NCBI GenBank assembly: GCA_944324385.1
Contig: CALUWD010000010.1
Location: 1,679-65,678 of the forward strand
Direction: 5' to 3'
Length of the DNA: 64,000 nucleotides
Source: Candidatus Gastranaerophilales bacterium
GTDB taxonomy: Bacteria > Cyanobacteriota > Vampirovibrionia > Gastranaerophilales > Gastranaerophilaceae
How positions within the stretch are numbered: the first letter of the stretch is position 1; the number at the start of each line of letters is the position of its first letter. Under the pieces are notes generated by a model. The model ran no database searches. It had not been told where the DNA came from and saw only the letters and a program-made list of their open reading frames with translations. Positions 57,407-64,000 of the stretch are shown piece after piece. The position numbers and the translations under genes are program-made.

Positions 57407-58632
57407 TAGATTTTTCTTCCACCCTTAAAATTTCAATGAGATCACTTAAAGTCAATAAAATGCGCTCTGTTTTAACAAGCCTTGGGATAATTATAGGCGT
57501 TGCAGCAGTTATTATTATGTTATCAATCGGCGAAGGCGCAAAACAAAGAATTACAAAAGACATAGAATCTATGGGCTCAAACATTTTAATGGTAATGTCA
57601 GGCTCGACAACTTCAGGTGGTGTAAGAATGGGCTCAGGATCAACACCAACCCTGACACTTAAAGACGCTGAAGCAATCGTTAAAAACTGCCCATCTGTAA
57701 GGATTGCAGCACCAACAGTAAATGGCGTACAACAAATTATATACTCAAATCAAAACTGGTCAACATCAGTTTATGGAATTACACCGGAGTATATGGAAGT
57801 TCAGTTATGGGAAATAGAAAGCGGCAGAAATCTTACACGAGATGACATAAGGAATAATTCAAAATCGGCACTTATAGGCTCAACTGTAGCACAAAATCTT
57901 TTTGGAGATGTAAATCCCGTTAATAAAGTAATAAGAATAGGCGGTATGCCCTTTAAAGTTGTAGGTCTGCTTAAAGAAAAAGGGCAAAATGGCATGGGGC
58001 AAGACAAGGACGATACAGTACTTGTGCCTGTAACGACTGCTCAAAAGAAGCTTTTTGGAACAGCATTCCCTGGAACTGTTAAGTTTATCAATATTCAAGC
58101 AAATGATGCAGATTCCTTAAGTTCAGCAGAAGAAGAAGTGAAAGAGCTTTTGCGCGAACGTCACAGAATAGGCAAAAATGATGAAGATGATTTTTCAATA
58201 AGAAATTTTACACAAATGCTTGAAACAGTAAAACAAGCTTCAAACACAATGGCACTCTTACTTGGTGCAATAGCCTCTGTTTCGCTGCTTGTAGGGGGGA
58301 TTGGCATTATGAACATAATGCTGGTATCAGTAACAGAGAGAACAAAAGAAATAGGTATCAGAATGGCAATAGGCGCAAAGGCAATGGATATAAGAATTCA
58401 GTTTTTAGTAGAAGCATTAGTGCTATCACTTATTGGTGGTTTAATTGGTGTATTAAGTGGCGTAATAATAGCAAAGCTAATTGGAACATTTTCTGAAATG
58501 AAAGTAGCTATAACGCTTATGCCAATTTTAGTGTCCTTTGGTTTTTCTGGTATTGTAGGTATGGCCTTTGGGTATTATCCAGCTTACAAAGCATCTCTTT
58601 TAAATCCAATTGATGCGTTAAGATACGAATAA
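57403..58632 (+). CDS. MacB/FtsX-family (type VII) ABC transporter permease
   Basis: A MacB_PCD periplasmic domain lies between TM1 and TM2. The C-terminal FtsX domain carries VTERTKEIGIRMAIGA. Confidence 0.9.
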   Translation: MIDFSSTLKISMRSLKVNKMRSVLTSLGIIIGVAAVIIMLSIGEGAKQRITKDIESMGSNILMVMSGSTTSGGVRMGSGSTPTLTLKDAEAIVKNCPSVRIAAPTVNGVQQIIYSNQNWSTSVYGITPEYMEVQLWEIESGRNLTRDDIRNNSKSALIGSTVAQNLFGDVNPVNKVIRIGGMPFKVVGLLKEKGQNGMGQDKDDTVLVPVTTAQKKLFGTAFPGTVKFINIQANDADSLSSAEEEVKELLRERHRIGKNDEDDFSIRNFTQMLETVKQASNTMALLLGAIASVSLLVGGIGIMNIMLVSVTERTKEIGIRMAIGAKAMDIRIQFLVEALVLSLIGGLIGVLSGVIIAKLIGTFSEMKVAITLMPILVSFGFSGIVGMAFGYYPAYKASLLNPIDALRYE

Positions 58633-58724
58633 TGTTAAGTTATGTAAAGTTTAACCAGCAAATTTAGCACATATATTTAGTATATATTTTTTATATAAAT
58701 ATATACTAAAATTTTGGAGCTAAA

Positions 58725-60425
58725 ATGTCACTAAATTCATTCATCAACAAACTTGGCAGTGTAATTAAAACAAAATTTGAAGAACTCACAAATGACAATG
58801 AGCTACAAGGCACTTTTAGCAAAAATTACTCGATAGATGCATGTATTTTTGCAGGCGCAGATCTTGATACATTCAAAAGCAAAATTGCGCAAGGCATGAA
58901 TTTAGAAAGCTCAGACAGTATTTTCTATCAAAATATAAACAATGCAGGCGTTGAAGACGTATTTGATTGCTTTGATAAAAATGGTGATGGCAAAATAAGT
59001 GAAGAAGAAATTTCTGAAATTTCATCAGTAGATAACAATGAAGACACAATTTCATCGCTTGATATGATGAACGTGTTTAATTCACTGGCATACAAAGACA
59101 TTCTAGATACTTTTGATGAGCTTGTAAAAGCAGGTCAAATTGACCCACAACAAACAAACTCTCAAGCAATGCAAAATTACACATCAAACATTGGTGGCAG
59201 CAACTACCAAAATTACGGATCGCAAACACAAAACGGTTCTATATCGAGCGAAGAACAATATTCAACAAAAGACAAATTAGATAAAATTGAAAACGAAGAA
59301 ATTCCTGAACTTGAAAAACAAAGAGAAGAAACAATTCAAGAGTATGATGAAAAAATAGAAAACGAAAAGAAAAATCTTGACGAATTAATAGAAGAAAATA
59401 AAGAAGAACTTGGCAAGCTTGGCGAAGATTACAATAAAAAACAAAAAGAAATCGAGCAATGCGACAGTAAAATAAGTGAATATGACACAAAAATAAATGA
59501 AGAAAAATCTAAAAAAAACGAGTCTGAAAGCACGCTTAAAAATCTTGAAGCCGAACTAGGCGCATTAGATACTGAAACTAATGACGAAGAAATAAACAAG
59601 ACAAACAAAGAAAGAAAAAGTGAAATAGAAACTCAAATAAAAGAGCTTGAAGAAAAAATAGCGCAAAATGATAAAAAAATCGAAGAATACGAAAAATCTC
59701 AAGAAGAACAAAAAGAATTAAAATCACAAAAGCAAGCTGAATTAAGCGCAATACAAGATAAAATTGCAAAAGAAAATCCTGACATTGCGCAAAAAATGGA
59801 AACCATACAAACCAACATTGAAAAATTAGAGTCAGAAAAAGAAACAAAAGTTGCAGAAATAGACAAAGAAATTGAAACAAAAAGAGAAGAAGCTAAAAAA
59901 TATCAAGAAGAAATAGGCAAAAAAACAGGTGAAGCAGAATCTCTGACTGGTTCAAAGGTTATTCAAGATGCGCTTGAGCTAGCACAACAAGAGCTTAAAA
60001 AAGGAGTATATGAAATAAGTGGAAATAACGACGGCACAGAAATAGATAAATATAGAAACGGGGCTGCTAACGGACAACCTTGGTGCGCAAGCTTTGTATC
60101 ATGGATTTACGGGGCAGGCCAAAATTCAGACAATGCAGCAACATTTGGCTACGACGCAAGTGTTTCTGGTATTAAAAGCAAAGCAGAAAACGCAGGTTAT
60201 TATGCCGCCAAAGGAACATATACACCACAAGCGGGCGATCTTATGATACAGAAAAATAATGCATCGCACGTTGGCGTAGTAACTGGAGTTGACCCTGACG
60301 GCACAATCCACACAATAGAAGGCAACTCAAGCGACAAAGTAGCAGAGAGAACCTATGCCCCAGGCAGCAGTGGTTACAATAAAATTTCAGGCTGGGTACA
60401 AATGAGCGAATGGTTAAGTAAATAA
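58725..60425 (+). CDS. EF-hand / long coiled-coil / C-terminal CHAP-domain peptidoglycan hydrolase (566 aa) with no recognisable signal peptide
   Basis: A canonical EF-hand loop, DKNGDGKISEEE, lies at 58974-59009. An E/K-rich heptad region of about 230 aa follows. The CHAP Cys (QPWCASFV, codon 60084-60086), His (ASHVGVV, codon 60267-60269) and EGN are present. Confidence 0.8.
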   Translation: MSLNSFINKLGSVIKTKFEELTNDNELQGTFSKNYSIDACIFAGADLDTFKSKIAQGMNLESSDSIFYQNINNAGVEDVFDCFDKNGDGKISEEEISEISSVDNNEDTISSLDMMNVFNSLAYKDILDTFDELVKAGQIDPQQTNSQAMQNYTSNIGGSNYQNYGSQTQNGSISSEEQYSTKDKLDKIENEEIPELEKQREETIQEYDEKIENEKKNLDELIEENKEELGKLGEDYNKKQKEIEQCDSKISEYDTKINEEKSKKNESESTLKNLEAELGALDTETNDEEINKTNKERKSEIETQIKELEEKIAQNDKKIEEYEKSQEEQKELKSQKQAELSAIQDKIAKENPDIAQKMETIQTNIEKLESEKETKVAEIDKEIETKREEAKKYQEEIGKKTGEAESLTGSKVIQDALELAQQELKKGVYEISGNNDGTEIDKYRNGAANGQPWCASFVSWIYGAGQNSDNAATFGYDASVSGIKSKAENAGYYAAKGTYTPQAGDLMIQKNNASHVGVVTGVDPDGTIHTIEGNSSDKVAERTYAPGSSGYNKISGWVQMSEWLSK

Positions 60426-62030
60426 CTACAAATCTATATTAGATTCTTTAATTGGTGCACCTATAACTCGCTCTAACTCGGCAGCATTCACATTGTAATC
60501 AAGCAAATTTGAGTAGTAGCTTAATTGCGCATTTAAATAAGTATTTTCAGCATCTTTAAACTCAATTGCATTACCCAAACCTACTTGATAACGCCTAAAT
60601 GCTTGATATTGTTGTTCTTTTGCTTGTTGAAGCGCAAGTTTTGCAACACCCAAACTGTCGTGAGAATTCAACAAACTAATGTAAGCGCTTTTAACCTCAA
60701 GATACACGTTTTGCTTTTCTTGCTCAAAATCAGCAGCAAACTTTTTAAATGTTGCATTTGCCTCATCCAGCTGTTTTTTCAAGGATAAAAGATTTAAAGA
60801 TGTATAGTTAAATTGCACACCAAATTGATAACCATAATCACTGTCAATTTGTCTGCCACCATGGTCATACGAGCCAAATGCACTTAAATCAGGCGCAAAA
60901 GCCCTTCTTGCGCTTCTAATATTAAGTTCTGCAGCATCCATTTTCTTTTTTGCAGAAAGTAAAGATGGTCTTGATTCTTCAGCTGTTTTAATTAAATCAG
61001 GAAAATTAACATCATACATTTTAGTGTTAAGTTTATCTTTTAAAATTACATTTTCCATTTGAGGAATACCAACAGCATTAGCTAACTCAACCGCTGCAAG
61101 CTCTAAAGTATTTTTTGCCTTAATTAAGTTTACCTTAGCATTACCAAGGTTGTACTGGGCAGTTGTAACGTCAATTTTCGCCTTTTTACCAATTTTATAG
61201 TATGCATCAGCCTGCTTTAACTGAAGCTCATAATCCTTAACAGTGTCCTCGTACACTATTTTTTGCGCTTGCGCAAAAACCATATTGTAATATGCAACTT
61301 TTACATTATAAATAACGCTTTCAATGCTTGTTTCAGCATCGTAGCGAGAAGATTCATAATTTCTTTTTGCAGCGTCCGCCATTGCTTTTGTTTTACCAAA
61401 ATCAAAAAGCAGCATATTTGCGCTTATTGTTGGCACATAAAACATATTATATCTTTGCACCATCATGCGCATATAGGCACTATTGCCCATAGTGTTTAGC
61501 ATATCATTTCTTGAATAACTCAAACCTGCGTTAATAGTTGGGAAATAATTTGCCCACGCTTGACCAATTCTTGATTCATAAATTTGAGAATTGCTAATAG
61601 CTGAGACTATTGCAGGATGGTTTGAAATTGCAAGCTTAATACAATCTACAAGGCTAACCTCGCCATTCATTTGGGTATATTCAATTTTTGACTGAATTTC
61701 AGGGAATTTAGTTTCATACATCCCTTCAGCCTCTTTTGAAGATTCTTTTTTTGTCTTTTCGCTTTGAACTTTTCTTTTAGCATCAGTCTTTTCTTGCTTT
61801 TTTATTCGCCTTTTTGTCTTTTTCTCAGGCTCAACAATGTGAACTTGTTCTTCTTTTTCAACTTTTTCTTTTTTAAACTTAAATAAACTTTTCTTTTCCT
61901 TAACTGGTTCAGTTGCTGTTGTTTTTGCAGATTCTTGCTCTTTCTTTTTAAACAAAGAAAACGCATATGCACATTCAAAATTAAAAACAGTTATACAAAA
62001 TATTAAAAATATTGATATCTTTCTTTTCAT
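60426..62030 (-). CDS. TolC-family outer-membrane efflux protein with a ~95 aa Lys/Glu-rich N-terminal extension
   Basis: A signal peptide is followed by a K/E-rich linker and two OEP repeats. It lies 4 nt downstream of the RND pump gene. Confidence 0.88.
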   Translation of the reverse strand: MKRKISIFLIFCITVFNFECAYAFSLFKKKEQESAKTTATEPVKEKKSLFKFKKEKVEKEEQVHIVEPEKKTKRRIKKQEKTDAKRKVQSEKTKKESSKEAEGMYETKFPEIQSKIEYTQMNGEVSLVDCIKLAISNHPAIVSAISNSQIYESRIGQAWANYFPTINAGLSYSRNDMLNTMGNSAYMRMMVQRYNMFYVPTISANMLLFDFGKTKAMADAAKRNYESSRYDAETSIESVIYNVKVAYYNMVFAQAQKIVYEDTVKDYELQLKQADAYYKIGKKAKIDVTTAQYNLGNAKVNLIKAKNTLELAAVELANAVGIPQMENVILKDKLNTKMYDVNFPDLIKTAEESRPSLLSAKKKMDAAELNIRSARRAFAPDLSAFGSYDHGGRQIDSDYGYQFGVQFNYTSLNLLSLKKQLDEANATFKKFAADFEQEKQNVYLEVKSAYISLLNSHDSLGVAKLALQQAKEQQYQAFRRYQVGLGNAIEFKDAENTYLNAQLSYYSNLLDYNVNAAELERVIGAPIKESNIDL

Positions 62031-62034
62031 ATCG

Positions 62035-64000
62035 TTAATACTCCAAATCCTTTTGGGTTATTTCTCTTTTAGGAAACATATCTACAAAATCCTGAACTAT
62101 TACATAAAACGCAGGAGTTAAAACAGCACCTAAAGTACAAGCAGCAATCATACCACCAAAAACAGTAGAACCGACTGAAATCCTTGAATTTGCACCTGCG
62201 CCTTGTGCAAATATCATAGGCAGAACACCAATGATAAAAGCAAGCTCTGTCATCATAATAGCTCTAAATCTCAGTTTGGCTGCTTTAATTGCTGCAGCTT
62301 GCACCGATAAACCGTTTTTCTCATGTTCTTCTTTTGCAAACTCAACAATTAATATAGACTGTTTAGCAGCAAGACCAATGAGGGTTATCATACCTACTTG
62401 TGAATAAATATCAAATGATTGATTAATCATCATCTGGAATATAAGCGCACCAAGCGCAGCAATGGGCGAAATAAGTAAAACAGCAACAGGAATTGTATAG
62501 CTTTCATATAATGCCACAAGAAACAAATAAACAAATACGAGTGCCATACCTACAACCATTGCGGTTTGACCAGATGCTTCACGCTCTTGAGCCGATGTAC
62601 CAGACCAGTCAAATGTCATATCAGAGGGTAAAACTTCTTTTGCAACTTCTTCCATAGCATTCATAGCGTCACCCGAGCTTTTGCCAGCAGCTTGTTGACC
62701 CTGAATTTGAACGGATTCATACTGGTTATATCTTGAAATTGAAGCAGTACCAACTGTTTGCCTTAACTTAACAATAGAGAGTATTGGCACCATGACCCCG
62801 TTTTTATTTTTAACATAAATTCCTGAAAGGTCAGTTGCTTTATCTCTAAAGCGGCTTTCAGCCTGCATTTGAACTTTAAATACACGACCATATTTATTAA
62901 AGTCATTTACATATCTTGTACCGAGAGTTGAACTCAAGGTTGAATAAAGCTCTTGCAAATCAACATTTTGTGCCATAGCCCTTTCGTAGTCAATCTCAAC
63001 TATATATTGTGGCACATTTGCTTGAAAAGAAGTATAAACACTTGATAGTGCAGGGTTTTGATTGGCAGCTGCTATTAACTTTTGCGCCCAGCCCTCAAGC
63101 TCTTGCGCGCTATATTCACCCTGCGAGAGCATTTGAAATTCAAAACCGCCCATCATGCTCATACCCATAATAGCAGGTGGTGAAAAGGCTACAATTGACG
63201 CCTCTTTTGTATTAGAGGCAACAGCTCTGACCTGATTCAAGATAGCAACATGTGACAAATCAGTAGATTTTCCTTGAATTTTTCTAACTACCCAATTTAT
63301 GGGGTTAATTCTTCTATCTTTGTATTCTAAAAGCTGAATAATAACTGTAGACTGGTTTGTAGCCCCATCACCACCAAATACTGTTAATTTTTCAGCATTA
63401 ATCCCCTCTATAGTTTTAATTTGCTCAACAAATTTTCTTGAAACTTCTTCTGTTCTTTGCAGGGAAGCACCATCAGGCAGTGTAATGCTAGCTAAAAGCA
63501 TACCTTGGTCTTCGTCAGGGATAAAGCCTGTTGATATAGTTTTAAAGCTTAAAAGAGTAAGAAAAACTATAGAAATATAAAAAATTACAACAAGTTTTTT
63601 ATTGTATACAAATTTTTCTACAAATTCCATATAAAAGTCTTCGACTTTTTGAAATCCCTCGTTAAATTTAGTAACCACAACATTTAATTCTCGCTTTAAA
63701 AAGCGTGCAAATAGCTGAAATTGAGGGTGCTTTGCTATTCCAAAGGCTTTTTTATTTTCATCATGCCTGCCTAAAAAATGCGAACACATAGCAGGCGATA
63801 AGCTCAAAGCGCAAATGGCTGATATTGCAATTGACACAGCGATACAAACTGCAAATTGCTTATACATAACACCTGTCATACCGCCCATAAAAATAATTGG
63901 AACAAATACAGCCATTAAAACCATTGCCATTGCAACAAGAGAGGAACCTACCTCTTGCATAGTAAGTTGAGTTGCAATGATTGCCGATTTACCTTCTTTG
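62035..64000 (-). CDS. RND (AcrB/HAE1-type) efflux pump permease. Only the C-terminal ~655 aa are present, and the N-terminus lies beyond the window.
   Basis: The frame stays open to position 64000 (…[18 protein letters not shown]…). Periplasmic porter/docking domains and TM7-12 are present. Confidence 0.92.
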   Translation of the reverse strand, partial: KEGKSAIIATQLTMQEVGSSLVAMAMVLMAVFVPIIFMGGMTGVMYKQFAVCIAVSIAISAICALSLSPAMCSHFLGRHDENKKAFGIAKHPQFQLFARFLKRELNVVVTKFNEGFQKVEDFYMEFVEKFVYNKKLVVIFYISIVFLTLLSFKTISTGFIPDEDQGMLLASITLPDGASLQRTEEVSRKFVEQIKTIEGINAEKLTVFGGDGATNQSTVIIQLLEYKDRRINPINWVVRKIQGKSTDLSHVAILNQVRAVASNTKEASIVAFSPPAIMGMSMMGGFEFQMLSQGEYSAQELEGWAQKLIAAANQNPALSSVYTSFQANVPQYIVEIDYERAMAQNVDLQELYSTLSSTLGTRYVNDFNKYGRVFKVQMQAESRFRDKATDLSGIYVKNKNGVMVPILSIVKLRQTVGTASISRYNQYESVQIQGQQAAGKSSGDAMNAMEEVAKEVLPSDMTFDWSGTSAQEREASGQTAMVVGMALVFVYLFLVALYESYTIPVAVLLISPIAALGALIFQMMINQSFDIYSQVGMITLIGLAAKQSILIVEFAKEEHEKNGLSVQAAAIKAAKLRFRAIMMTELAFIIGVLPMIFAQGAGANSRISVGSTVFGGMIAACTLGAVLTPAFYVIVQDFVDMFPKREITQKDLEY

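Noticed and set aside
58679-58709. The inverted repeat TAGTATATAT…ATATATACTA, made only of A and T, between the MacB permease gene and the CHAP gene, as a possible terminator.
   Set aside because: The stem is made entirely of A-T pairs, so its predicted stability is low in an AT-rich spacer. It cannot be called a terminator with confidence and is mentioned only as something to test by RNA-seq.
59239-59880. Minus-strand ORFs of 83 and 100 aa, rich in Leu and Phe, inside the CHAP protein gene.
   Set aside because: They are antisense shadows of the GAA/AAA-rich (Glu/Lys) coiled-coil coding region. They have no independent support.
1-64000. A search by eye of all intergenic gaps for CRISPR arrays, tRNA, rRNA, tmRNA or RNase P RNA genes, transposases, integrases, prophage genes and toxin-antitoxin pairs.
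   Set aside because: No gap apart from 46521-46807 exceeds about 150 nt. None shows a cloverleaf-like or repeat-spacer structure. No ORF carries DDE, tyrosine-recombinase or serine-recombinase motifs. The lone XRE gene has no adjacent small toxin-like partner. A proper tRNAscan/Infernal run would be needed for certainty.

Overview
The window is a gene-dense, AT-rich chromosomal segment with roughly 90% coding sequence and about one-third G+C by eye. It comes from a diderm bacterium, as shown by TolC, RND, MacAB, SecA and FtsH. The genetic code is standard, since TGA terminates hisD. Lineage cannot be fixed from sequence alone. The combination of low GC, a split transketolase, a CsaB pyruvyl-transferase and an atypical prepilin N-terminus (GFTLAELL) would fit a Melainabacteria/Vampirovibrionia-like or similar gut-type lineage, but this is a guess. 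I support about 62 protein genes. One of them is rpmH, which the >=60 aa ORF track misses. I also call 4 intrinsic terminators and 3 tentative sigma70-type promoters. I found no rRNA, tRNA, CRISPR array, transposase, integrase or prophage genes. Most genes are housekeeping: recJ, ruvB, secA, ftsH, ftsEX, purH, folK, coaE, proC, hisD, rpmH-rnpA, surE, maf, corA, speB, split tkt and rfbCBDA. Genes are packed tightly, with many 1-11 nt same-strand overlaps. At least eight convergent pairs overlap at their 3' ends by 4-29 nt without room for terminators. The stretches that deserve a second look are these. (1) A ~790 aa prepilin-signal protein with poly-Gly modules and a Cys-rich DUF1566-like domain, next to an XRE regulator. 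(2) An SDR / B12-radical-SAM / small unknown protein / ferredoxin operon. (3) A HisA-HisI-HisE triple fusion coupled to hisD. (4) An orphan corrinoid iron-sulfur protein pair (AcsD/AcsC-like) fused into an operon with ftsH. (5) A leaderless, divergent S8-like protein and a second orphan protein with a similar N-terminus. (6) A bacterial homologue of the animal-type phosphomevalonate kinase fold. (7) An EF-hand / coiled-coil / CHAP hydrolase with PcsB-like architecture, sandwiched between a TolC-MacAB and an RND-TolC efflux locus. All functional calls rest on motif and family recognition by eye and from memory. No searches were run.
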